From assembly GCA_051746405.1 (NCBI GenBank), contig JBNJFB010000047.1, forward strand, positions 1 through 18,633: a DNA stretch of 18,633 bases. The letters are read 5' to 3'. Shown one piece after another: positions 7,319 to 16,600 of the stretch. The notes beneath the pieces are model-generated. The model searched no databases. It saw only the letters and a list, made by a program, of their open reading frames with translations, and had not been told where the DNA came from. Source of the stretch: Campylobacterota bacterium (GTDB lineage Bacteria > Campylobacterota > Campylobacteria > Campylobacterales > Arcobacteraceae). Each line of letters opens with the position of its first letter. Positions within the stretch are counted from its first letter, which is position 1. Both the position numbers and the translations under genes were made by a program.

Positions 7319-8509
7319 ATGAATATGAATCTTTTAGATAGAAATAATAATATTGCCATTTTACTTGCAGGAATTATTTCTGTAATTATTGGATTAGGTG
7401 TAGCAAGGTTTGCTTTTACTTCTCTTTTACCTCCAATGTTAGATGGTTTTTTAACAGTTAGTTTTGCAGGTATCTTAGCCTCTTTGAATTTTGCAGGTTA
7501 TTTAAGTGGCTCTATTTTTTCTATGTTTATAAAAGATATAAATCAAAAAGTTATTTTGTTTAGAATAGGTATAGTTTTATGTATTGCTTCAACATTGATT
7601 TTAGGGCTATCTACAAATGAGACTTTATGGATAATAGCTAGAGTAATAGCTGGGTTTGGTGCTGCTATGGCTTTTGTGGTTGGTGCTGCTATTGTGATGA
7701 CTAAATTAGATTTTGAAAATAAAACTAAAGCTATGGGAATACACTTTAGTGGTATTGGATTTTCTATTTTAATTACAGATATTGTAGGTAGAATAGTTTT
7801 AAACTCTCAATACGACTGGAAAACTGCTTGGATAGTATTAACTGTCTTGGCTGTAATATTTTCTATTTACTCTTTATATATTTTAAGTTTTGATAAAAAA
7901 GTAAAAGCAAATATGGTAAAACATAAGTTTGATAAATCACTTTTTTCACCCTTTGTTATTTTAATAATTCTTGCATACTTTACAGAAGGAGTTGGTTTTG
8001 TAGTACAAGCAACTTTTTTACCTGATATTATTAACTCACTAGAGGGTTTAGCAGGATATGGGAGTTTAACATGGACCTTTGTAGGACTTGCTGGGATACC
8101 TTCTTGTATTATTTGGATGACTTTAGCTTCCAAATATGGAAGTGTAAATATAATAATGATAGCACTTTTTTTACAAATGATAGGAATACTTATACCAACA
8201 TTTACAAATGATATTTATATGAATTTCTTAAGTGGTATATTGTATGGTGGTACATTTGTAGGGTTAGTTGCACTTTTTATGAATCTTGGTGGAAAACTAG
8301 CTGGTAAAAATCCAGTTGTACTAATGGGTGCTGTTACAACCTCTTATGGTATAGGTCAAGTTGTTGCACCTTTATACTCTGTTTATTTTATAGAAAAATA
8401 TGGAAATTATGATATTGCTTTATATTTAACTGCTATCATAGTTTTTATTGGTATACTTTTTTTACTTTATGCAAAGAAAATTGCAACACCACAACAAAAG
8501 ATACTATAG
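7319..8509 (+). CDS. MFS transporter, YbfB/YjiJ-like family
   Basis: 396 aa with about 12 hydrophobic segments. GLGVARFAFTSLLPPM, LASLNFAGYLSG, GIHFSGIG, EGVGF..ATFLP and YGIGQVVAP are typical of this MFS subgroup. Confidence 0.88.
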   Translation: MNMNLLDRNNNIAILLAGIISVIIGLGVARFAFTSLLPPMLDGFLTVSFAGILASLNFAGYLSGSIFSMFIKDINQKVILFRIGIVLCIASTLILGLSTNETLWIIARVIAGFGAAMAFVVGAAIVMTKLDFENKTKAMGIHFSGIGFSILITDIVGRIVLNSQYDWKTAWIVLTVLAVIFSIYSLYILSFDKKVKANMVKHKFDKSLFSPFVILIILAYFTEGVGFVVQATFLPDIINSLEGLAGYGSLTWTFVGLAGIPSCIIWMTLASKYGSVNIIMIALFLQMIGILIPTFTNDIYMNFLSGILYGGTFVGLVALFMNLGGKLAGKNPVVLMGAVTTSYGIGQVVAPLYSVYFIEKYGNYDIALYLTAIIVFIGILFLLYAKKIATPQQKIL

Positions 8510-8536
8510 ATTTTTTATAATTAAAAGGTTAAATAA

Positions 8537-9949
8537 ATGGAAGATAATTTTAGAGTAGAAAAAGATTTTTTAAGTGAAAAGAAAATAGATGCTTCAAGTT
8601 ATTATGGGATACAAACTTTAAGAGCAAAAGAGAATTTTGATATTACAAAAACAGATATATCACTATTTCCAAACTTTATAAAATCCCTTGCAAAAGTCAA
8701 AAAAGCTTGTGCTTTAACAAACTTTGAGTTAGGTGATTTAACAGATCAACAAAGGGATGCAATTATTCAAGCTTGTAATGAAATTATTGATGGTAAATTT
8801 CATGACCAGTTTATTGTTGATCCTATACAAGGTGGGGCTGGAACTTCAACAAATATGAATGCAAATGAAGTAATAGCAAATAGAGCATTAGAGATTTTAG
8901 GTCAAAATAAAGGAAACTATAAACTTATACACCCTAATAATCATATAAATATGAGTCAATCCACAAATGATGTGTACCCAACGGCAATAAAATTAACTCT
9001 ACATGAGTTGATTTATAAACTAAAAGATAGTTTAAGATATTTAAGAGATAGTTTTGACCAAAAGGCAGTGGAGTTTAAAGATATATTAAAAATGGGACGA
9101 ACTCAGCTTCAAGATGCAGTTCCTATGACTTTAGGTCAAGAGTTTAAGACCTTTGCAATAATGGTTGATGAGGATATTTATAGATTAAGAGATGCTCAGG
9201 CTTTATTAAAAGAGGTGAATCTAGGTGCAACTGCAATTGGTACTGGAATTAATACAAAAAAAGAGTATAGAAGAAAGGTTATTAATAATCTTCGAGATGT
9301 TACAGGTGTTGATTATGAAAGTGCAGGGGATTTAATTGAAGCCACACAGGATACTGGAGTTTTTGTACATATTTCAGGTATTTTAAAAAGAGTAGCTATA
9401 AAAGTTTCAAAAATTTGTAATGATTTAAGACTTTTAAGTAGTGGACCAAGAGCTGGATTAAATGAGATAAATCTACCTGCAATGCAATCAGGAAGTTCAA
9501 TTATGCCAGGAAAAGTTAATCCTGTGATTCCAGAGGTTGTAAATCAAGTAGCATATGATGTAATAGGTTCAGATGCTACTATCTCTATAGCTTGTGAGGG
9601 TGGACAATTGCAGTTAAATGTATTTGAACCATTAGTTGCATATAAGCTGTTTACTTCAATAAATATGATGAGAAGGTCTTTTTACTCATTAGCTAAAAAA
9701 TGTGTAAAGGGTATTACTGCAAATGAAGATGTATGTATGGATAATATTCTGAACTCTGTTACTTTAGTTACTTGCTTAAATCCTATTTTAGGTTATGAAG
9801 AGAGTACAAATCTAGCAAAAGAGGCACTTTTAAAGAATAAGAGAGTATATGATATTATTTTGGAAAAAGAGATATTTACAAAAGAGGAGTTAGACAATCT
9901 TTTGCATCCTCAAAATATGGTTTGTAATTATGATAAGGAAGAGTCTTGA
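8537..9949 (+). CDS. aspA: Aspartate ammonia-lyase (aspartase)
   Basis: 470 aa with YYGIQTLRA, QGGAGTSTNMNANEVIAN, SQSTNDVYPT, KMGRTQLQDAVP and the fumarase/aspartase signature GSSIMPGKVNP. Confidence 0.96.
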   Translation: MEDNFRVEKDFLSEKKIDASSYYGIQTLRAKENFDITKTDISLFPNFIKSLAKVKKACALTNFELGDLTDQQRDAIIQACNEIIDGKFHDQFIVDPIQGGAGTSTNMNANEVIANRALEILGQNKGNYKLIHPNNHINMSQSTNDVYPTAIKLTLHELIYKLKDSLRYLRDSFDQKAVEFKDILKMGRTQLQDAVPMTLGQEFKTFAIMVDEDIYRLRDAQALLKEVNLGATAIGTGINTKKEYRRKVINNLRDVTGVDYESAGDLIEATQDTGVFVHISGILKRVAIKVSKICNDLRLLSSGPRAGLNEINLPAMQSGSSIMPGKVNPVIPEVVNQVAYDVIGSDATISIACEGGQLQLNVFEPLVAYKLFTSINMMRRSFYSLAKKCVKGITANEDVCMDNILNSVTLVTCLNPILGYEESTNLAKEALLKNKRVYDIILEKEIFTKEELDNLLHPQNMVCNYDKEES

Positions 9950-10437
9950 ATATAACAGTCATAAATACAGGTGGAACATTTAATAAAAGATACAATCCAA
10001 TAAAAGGAAAGCTTGAAGTACCAACTGATAATATAGCTTTAAATAAGATAATAGACTCTTGCCATAATATAGATTTTGAAATCAAAAACATAATTTCAAA
10101 AGATAGTTTGGATATGACAGATATGGATAGAAAAAAGATTTGTCAAGCAGTGGAAGAGACAAAAAATAATAAGATAATTATTATACATGGAACTGATACT
10201 ATTCATCTAACATCAAAACTAATAAAAGAGAATATAAAAGATAAAAAAATAGTATTCACAGGAGCAATGGTTCCTATGAGTATTGATAAGATAGAGGCTA
10301 CTATGAATTTTTCTAAAGCTTTGGGTTTTTTAAGTGCAGATATAAAAAATGGAGTTTATATTTCAATGCATGGAGTAGTGGTACCTTGTAATAGATTAGT
10401 TAAAGATAAACAGCAAGGTAAGTTTTTAGTAAACTAA
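9946..10437 (+). CDS. Short-chain (single-domain) L-asparaginase-family protein
   Basis: 163 aa containing both catalytic Thr motifs (NTGGT, HGTDT) and VFTGAM. The TTG start overlaps the aspA TGA stop (TTGA) with AAGGAAGAG upstream. Confidence 0.85.
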   Translation: MNITVINTGGTFNKRYNPIKGKLEVPTDNIALNKIIDSCHNIDFEIKNIISKDSLDMTDMDRKKICQAVEETKNNKIIIIHGTDTIHLTSKLIKENIKDKKIVFTGAMVPMSIDKIEATMNFSKALGFLSADIKNGVYISMHGVVVPCNRLVKDKQQGKFLVN

Positions 10438-10446
10438 ATAAAATAA

Positions 10447-11793
10447 TTATATCATCTCAATTAAAATAATTTTATCACTTTGAAGTCTTATTAAATCTTG
10501 CGTAAAACCACTTTTACTAAATAAACAAAACTGTTTTATAGGAAGTTTACTATCAATTTTTTTAGATTTTTCTTGCAAACTTCTTAATACATCGATACCA
10601 ACTTTTTTATTAGAATATTTACACTCTGTAACTATTAAAAAATCTTCACCAATACCTACAGCATCTATCTCTTCATTCTTATTCCACCATCTTCCACATT
10701 TAAGTAGTTTATAGTTTTTCATCATATAAGATATTGCTAGATTTTCATAAATGGGTGCTATGAAACCATTAATATTCTCTTTTATTTTAGTTAATACATA
10801 TTTGGTATTTCCTATTTCTAATTGACTTTTATAAGGTAAAACGTAAGTAAACCAAAATCTAAAAAAGTTATCTTTTATAAAATAAAGCCCTTTTTTACTT
10901 TTTAAAGGGTTTTTTTCTGTGATAGGGATATCTTTATAAATTATATCCAGTTCCATAAGTTTTGAAATAAACGAGGTGATATTTTGTACATTTTTACCAA
11001 GTTTACCCGCGATGCTTCCAATTTTGTGTTCGCCATTTGCTATCACTTCTAAAATAGAAAAATAGGTAATTGGTTCATTAACTTCGTTTTGAAGTATAAA
11101 CTGTGGTTCATTATATAAATAACTATTTGAATCTAGTATATTTGACTCTATATTTTCAAAGATATCACCACTTTGTTTAAACATTTCTAAGTATTTGGGA
11201 ACACCATAAAGAACACTATAAGCTTCTATTAACTGCTCATTAGAATAGTTTGGGAAGAACTCTTTAAGATATTCAAAACTGATTGCTTCTAATTTAATTG
11301 AACTTGTTCTTCTTCCATACAAGGGTGAGTTATATGAAAGAGTCTGCTCGTACATCATAGAGATAAATGATCCACAAAGAATAAGATGAATATTTTTATT
11401 CTTAAGAAACTCATCTACTATATATTGAAATTGTGAAGCAATAGAGCTATCAATTTTTGAGAGATATTGAAATTCATCAATGATAATAATTAACTTTTCA
11501 TCAAATTTTTTTTGGGACAAGTACTCAAAAAGTTGTTTTATATCATTAAGATTTAGATTTTTTAAAAAAGTATCATTAAAAAAGTCAGCTATAATAGTTT
11601 GTAATCTTCTTATAATAGTATTCATGTTTTCAAGTGTTACTAAAAAATAGATTGATGGCTTATCTTTTATAAACTCTTTTAAAAGTGTTGTTTTACCAAC
11701 TCTTCGTCTTCCATAAAGAATAGTAAAAGTAAATTTATCACTTGTATACTCATTATTTAAAAGTTTTAATTCTTTATATCTATTAGCAAACAT
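10447..11793 (-). CDS. ATP-binding protein of the archaeal-type ATPase + DUF234-like family (P-loop ATPase, winged HTH, PD-(D/E)XK-like domain)
   Basis: 448 aa. Walker A YGRRRVGKT, Walker B IIIIDEFQ, LILCGS, PLYGR, GVPKYL, an HTH-like segment, DNFFRFWF, and C-terminal RWW..EIDAV...ECKY. Confidence 0.85.
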   Translation of the reverse strand: MFANRYKELKLLNNEYTSDKFTFTILYGRRRVGKTTLLKEFIKDKPSIYFLVTLENMNTIIRRLQTIIADFFNDTFLKNLNLNDIKQLFEYLSQKKFDEKLIIIIDEFQYLSKIDSSIASQFQYIVDEFLKNKNIHLILCGSFISMMYEQTLSYNSPLYGRRTSSIKLEAISFEYLKEFFPNYSNEQLIEAYSVLYGVPKYLEMFKQSGDIFENIESNILDSNSYLYNEPQFILQNEVNEPITYFSILEVIANGEHKIGSIAGKLGKNVQNITSFISKLMELDIIYKDIPITEKNPLKSKKGLYFIKDNFFRFWFTYVLPYKSQLEIGNTKYVLTKIKENINGFIAPIYENLAISYMMKNYKLLKCGRWWNKNEEIDAVGIGEDFLIVTECKYSNKKVGIDVLRSLQEKSKKIDSKLPIKQFCLFSKSGFTQDLIRLQSDKIILIEMI

Positions 11794-11810
11794 TTCATAT
11801 CTTTCTTTTA

Positions 11811-11841
11811 TCGTTTTTGGATTATAATAATACCAAAACGA
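11811..11841 (-). promoter_or_regulatory. Near-palindromic operator-like site overlapping the -10 of the ATPase gene
   Basis: TCGTTTTTGGATTAT-A-ATAATACCAAAACGA, with minus-strand TATAAT at 11821-11826. Confidence 0.55.
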
Positions 11842-11855
11842 ACTTATGAAGTTCT

Positions 11856-11882
11856 AAAATAAGAGGGGTATCCTCTTATTTT
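11856..11882 (-). terminator. Intrinsic terminator of the ferritin gene
   Basis: AAAATAAGAGG-ggtat-CCTCTTATTTT directly after the ferritin stop, with A/T runs on both sides. Confidence 0.75.
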
Positions 11883-12391
11883 TAGTTTGCAGTTGGATCT
11901 ACAAAACTTCTACTACCTAACTCTTTATCAATAGTATAAAGTCCATATCCATTATCACCTACCAATTTAATATGGTCAATTATCTCATTTACAGTAGCCT
12001 CTTCTTCAACTTGCTCTGTTACATACCATTGAAGTAGATTATATGTTGCGTGGTCTTTCTCTTTCATAGCTAAATCAGATAGTATATTTAAGTTTTTAGT
12101 CATCTTTTGTTCGTGCTTAAGTGATTTTTTAAATACATCTAAAAGTGATTTATACTCCACATCAACTCCATCAATTTGTGGAAGTTTAATCTCCACATCT
12201 TGGTCTTCAAGGTATTTAAATAGTTTCATACCATGGGAAACCTCTTCTTGGTATTGGATTAAAAACCAGTTTGATGCACCATTAAATCCCTCTTTTGAAC
12301 AGTATGCACTCATACCTAAGTAAAGATAAGCAGAGTGGTACTCTTTGTTAAGTTGTTCTATTAATGCTTCTTGTAAGTTTTTACTAATCAT
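11882..12391 (-). CDS. ftnA: Non-heme ferritin
   Basis: 169 aa with the ferroxidase-centre pattern QLNKE..SAYLY, QYQEEVSH, KHEQ, DHATYNLLQWYVTEQVEEE. AAGGAGA RBS and minus-strand TATAAT at 12418-12423. Confidence 0.94.
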   Translation of the reverse strand: MISKNLQEALIEQLNKEYHSAYLYLGMSAYCSKEGFNGASNWFLIQYQEEVSHGMKLFKYLEDQDVEIKLPQIDGVDVEYKSLLDVFKKSLKHEQKMTKNLNILSDLAMKEKDHATYNLLQWYVTEQVEEEATVNEIIDHIKLVGDNGYGLYTIDKELGSRSFVDPTAN

Positions 12392-12525
12392 AATTATTTT
12401 CTCCTTTTTAGTTAATTATTATACCTAATGCATATTAAAAAAAGTTTTTTTTATCATATTTTTTAAAAGTAACATAACCTACATTTAGATAAAATGCCTA
12501 AAAATTTAAATTAGGATATTTTATT

Positions 12526-13446
12526 ATGGCAATATATACATGTGGACATACAACTCCTGATTCAGACTCTATCTGTTCAGCGATTTCATTAGCTTATCTT
12601 TTAAACAAAATTGGACAAGAAGCAGTTCCAGCTAGACAAGGTGAGCCAAACCCTGAAACAAAATATATTTTAGATAGATTTGGTTTTGAAGCACCAATAT
12701 TAAAAACTAAATTTGCAGGTGAAGACCTTTTTATTACTGACTATTCAGACAAAAAGCAAGCTCCTGAAGATATTGAAAAAGCAAATGTAGTTGGTATTGT
12801 TGACCATCATAAACTAGGTGATATTACAACCTCTGCACCTTTAGAGTGTTGGATTAGACCTGTTGGTTGTTCTAATACTATTGTAAAAGAGATGTATGAT
12901 TATCACGGTGTTGAGATTCCAGCTGATATTGCAGGAATTATGATGTGTGCAATTTTAAGTGATACAGTTATTTTCAAATCTCCAACTTGTACACAATTAG
13001 ATATTAAAACAGTTAGGCAGTTAGCAAAAATTGCTGGAATTGAAGATTTTGGTGCAGTTGGAATGGAGATGTTCAAAGTAAAATCAGCTGTTGAAGGTGT
13101 TCCAGCTAGGGAGTTAATCTTAAGGGATTATAAACCATTTGATATGCATGGTGAAAAAGTAGGTATCGGACAATTAGAGATTGTTGATTTATCTATTGTT
13201 GATTCAGTTAAGCCTGAAATCCAAGCTGATTTAGATAAGTTTAGACAGCAAGAGGGATTACATACAGCTTGTATGCTTTTAACTGATATTATGAAAGAAG
13301 GGTCTGAGGTTTTAGTATCTTCAGAAGACTCAACGATTTTTGAAAAAGCGTTTGATGTAAAACTTGAAGATGGTAAAGTTTGGTTAGATGGATGTCTTTC
13401 AAGAAAAAAACAGATTATTCCATTTTTAGAGCCTGCATTTTCATAA
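12526..13446 (+). CDS. ppaC: Manganese-dependent (family II, DHH) inorganic pyrophosphatase
   Basis: 306 aa with GHTTPDSDSI, VDHHK, AILSDT..FKSPT, GIGQLE and C-terminal SRKKQIIP. Confidence 0.96.
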   Translation: MAIYTCGHTTPDSDSICSAISLAYLLNKIGQEAVPARQGEPNPETKYILDRFGFEAPILKTKFAGEDLFITDYSDKKQAPEDIEKANVVGIVDHHKLGDITTSAPLECWIRPVGCSNTIVKEMYDYHGVEIPADIAGIMMCAILSDTVIFKSPTCTQLDIKTVRQLAKIAGIEDFGAVGMEMFKVKSAVEGVPARELILRDYKPFDMHGEKVGIGQLEIVDLSIVDSVKPEIQADLDKFRQQEGLHTACMLLTDIMKEGSEVLVSSEDSTIFEKAFDVKLEDGKVWLDGCLSRKKQIIPFLEPAFS

Positions 13447-13458
13447 AATAGAAATTAT

Positions 13459-13496
13459 AGTCTAGATAGCTTTTTTTAAGTTATCTAGACTTTTTT
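13459..13496 (+). terminator. Intrinsic terminator after ppaC
   Basis: AGTCTAGATAGCTT-ttttt-AAGTTATCTAGACT (14-bp stem with one G-U pair) followed by a T-run. Confidence 0.85.
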
Positions 13497-13523
13497 AACA
13501 AATAAAAATTTTGTTTCTGTTTT

Positions 13524-13543
13524 AAAGTTACACAAAAGTTACA
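13524..13543. promoter_or_regulatory. Tandem direct repeat with 11-bp period upstream of the GDH gene (candidate regulator site)
   Basis: AAAGTTACA at 13524-13532 and again at 13535-13543. Confidence 0.45.
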
Positions 13544-13641
13544 AATAATAAAAAATTGTATTTACTATCCCCTATATTTAATATTTTCTTAACTTATAAA
13601 GAGTAATATATCTAAAATATATTTACAAAAAAGGAAGTATT

Positions 13642-16600
13642 ATGGCTACATCGGATATTCAAGCTATATGTTCACAATTATTAACTCCTGATGATTTAGC
13701 AGTAAGTGATGAACTTTTTAAAAAAGTTTCACAAGAGGGAATAGTAACTAAAATCATAAATAAAAATGACGCAAAGTATATAAAAGTATTTTCAATGAAA
13801 CAGTTATATCTATCACATATAACTCCTTTATTACATAATATTGGACTTGAGATAATAGATGAGGTTACTTATAATGTTAATTGTGATGAGGGGCAAGTTT
13901 ATATTTCAAGATTTAATTTAAACATACCTGATACAAAAGAGTTAGAAAATGCTAAAGATAATTTAGAACACATTATTACTTATAGTTTAAAAGACTGTAC
14001 ACTAAAACACTCAAAAGCGTTTTGTTTAGTTTATAAACAGAATTTAGATTTAAGAAAGATTAAACTTTTAAGAGCGTTTATTGAATATATTGACCAAGCT
14101 GTCTTAACTATTAATTCAGCAACTATTTTAAATACTCTAACAACTCATGATAGCTTAGCGTGTCTATTTGTAAAATACTTTATTACAAAATTCAAGCCAG
14201 AAATCAAAAATAGAAAAAAACAGTTAAATGAAGTTGAAGATGAAATAAAAAGTAAAATTAAAGAGATACCACAAATCATTGATGATAAGATTTTAAATAT
14301 TACACTTCTATTTTTAAAATCACTTCTAAGAACAAACTACTTTTTAGATAAAGAGACTATCTCTTTTAAAGTAGATACTAAATCCTTTGGAAAAGATTTA
14401 AAAGGCTTACAACCAAATATTGAAAACTTTATATATCATAGTGATTTTTATGGTGTTCACTTAAGAATGTCAAAGGTTTCAAGAGGTGGTTTAAGATGGT
14501 CTGATAGACATGATGACTATAGACAAGAAGTAAAATCACTTATGATTACTCAAGAGGGTAAAAACTCTATTATTATTCCAGATGGCTCAAAGGGTGGTTT
14601 TGTAATAAACAAAGACAAAGAGGAGATTACAAAAGAGTACTTTACTCATATCTATTCTGAGTTTATACATGCAAACTTGGATTTAGTTGATAATATGGTT
14701 AATGGAAAGGTTGTAAAAGATGAGAGAATTGTAGCTTATGATGAGGAAGACCCATATTTTGTAGTTGCTGCTGATAAGGGAACTGCTGCGATGAGTGATG
14801 TGGCAAATGAAATAGCTATTAGTAGAGACTATTGGCTTGGTGATGCTTTTGCAAGTGGTGGAAGTAATGGTTATGGTCATAAGGACTTAGGTATCACAGC
14901 ACGTGGTTCTTTAATGTCAACAAAAAGATTTTTTATAGAAGAGGAGATTAATATCTACAAAGATGAAGTATCTGTTGTAGGTATTGGCTCTATGAGTGGT
15001 GATGTTTTTGGAAATGGTATGGTTGAGTCAAAAATGTTTAAGTTAGTAGCTGCAATTTCCCATAGAGATATCTTCATAGACCCTAATCCTGATTTAGAAA
15101 AATCTTTCCAAGAGAGAAAAAGACTGTTTGAGTCAAAAAATGGCGGTTGGAGCAATTATGATAAAAGTATAATCTCAAAAGGTGGTGGATTGTTTAACCG
15201 TCATGATAAGGAGATTACTTTAACTTCAGAGATTAAAAAGCTATTAGGAACTACTAAAAAAGTAGTTTCAGGTGAACAGCTATGTAAAATGTTATTGACT
15301 TTAGAGGTTGATATGCTCTTTAATGGTGGGGTTGGAACATATGTAAAAGCAAGTGATGAGAATAATCTTGATTTAGGTGATAAACAAAATGAAGCTGTAA
15401 GAGTTGATGCTACAGAATTAAAAGCAAAAATAGTATGTGAGGGTGGTAACTTAGGACTTACACAAAAAGCAAGAATAGAGTATGCATTAATAGGTGGTAG
15501 AATACATCAAGACTCTATTGATAATTCAGCTGGGGTAAATACATCTGACCATGAAGTTAATTTAAAAATTCTATTAAATAGTATAAAAGCTCAAGGTATC
15601 TTAGATAAAAAGCAAGTACAAGAGACTCTTTATTCATTGACAGGGCAAGTAGTTGATATGGTACTACAAAATAACTACGACCAAGCACTTGTTATATCTA
15701 TTGATGAGCAACACTCTAGAAAATATCCAACAGACTATATAAAAACTATTGAAGTTTTAGAAAATAATGTTGAAGCATTTAATAGAAGAGATTTTTATAT
15801 TCCAAAAAGTGAAAATATAAATGAGATAACTGATATTGATGGCTCTATTGTAAGACCTGTTTTAGGTTCATTGATTTCATATAGTAAGATTTTTATTAAA
15901 AAGATATTATTAGATACTGATTTAATAGATGAACAGTTTGCTCTTCAATATCTCTTTAGATACTTTCCTAAGTCATTTGTTGGAGCATATGAACACGAAA
16001 TCATTAAGCATCCATTAAAAAGAGAGATTATAGCTACAATGATAGCAGATATTATTATAAACTCTCAAGGTTGTACCTTTGTTAGTGATTTTGAGAAATT
16101 AGGAGTTGATAAGTTTTTACTTAAAATAAAATCATACCTAATCATCAAGCAACTATTTGGTGCAAGAGAAATTAGACAAAAAATCTATAATCAAGACTAT
16201 ATAATGCCAGTTGAAAAGCAGTATAAACTTATTAACAAATTAGAATATACACTTTATTCAAGTACAAAATGGACAGTTAAGTATCTTAAGAAAAATCAAC
16301 TTGATTCTGCTCATATACTTGATTATAAAGATGAATTATTCCAATTGCTATCTGAAGTTCATAATCAAAAAATTGAAGTTTTACTAAAAGATGACCCTGA
16401 TTTTAATCAATTCTTTAGTGTTATTGATTATTTAAGATTTGCAATTGCTGCTATTATGATAAAAGAGGATACTCACCACTCATTTAAAGATGTTGTAATA
16501 CTATTTTATTCAATAGTTCATGAGTTTAATATTCTTGAGATTGTTTTAGCTCTAAATAAAGTAAAAATAAACAATAAAAGTGATTTAGTACTAAGAAATC

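Noticed and set aside
9946..10437. Asparaginase as a pseudogene truncated by the ATPase gene insertion
   Set aside because: The ORF is coupled to aspA, keeps its catalytic motifs, and its length fits the known short-chain class. No remnant C-terminal domain is seen beyond the ATPase gene.
10430..11860. Target-site duplication or terminal repeats flanking the ATPase gene
   Set aside because: Only short AT-rich similarities such as TAAAATAA on both sides, not distinguishable from background.
12392..12525. Fur box upstream of ferritin
   Set aside because: Looked for one, but found only a half-site-like TTATCA and no convincing 7-1-7 palindrome.
7867..15155. - strand ORFs 7867-8133, 9876-10091, 14683-14880 and 14955-15155
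   Set aside because: Antisense to MFS, aspA/asparaginase and GDH, with no recognisable features.
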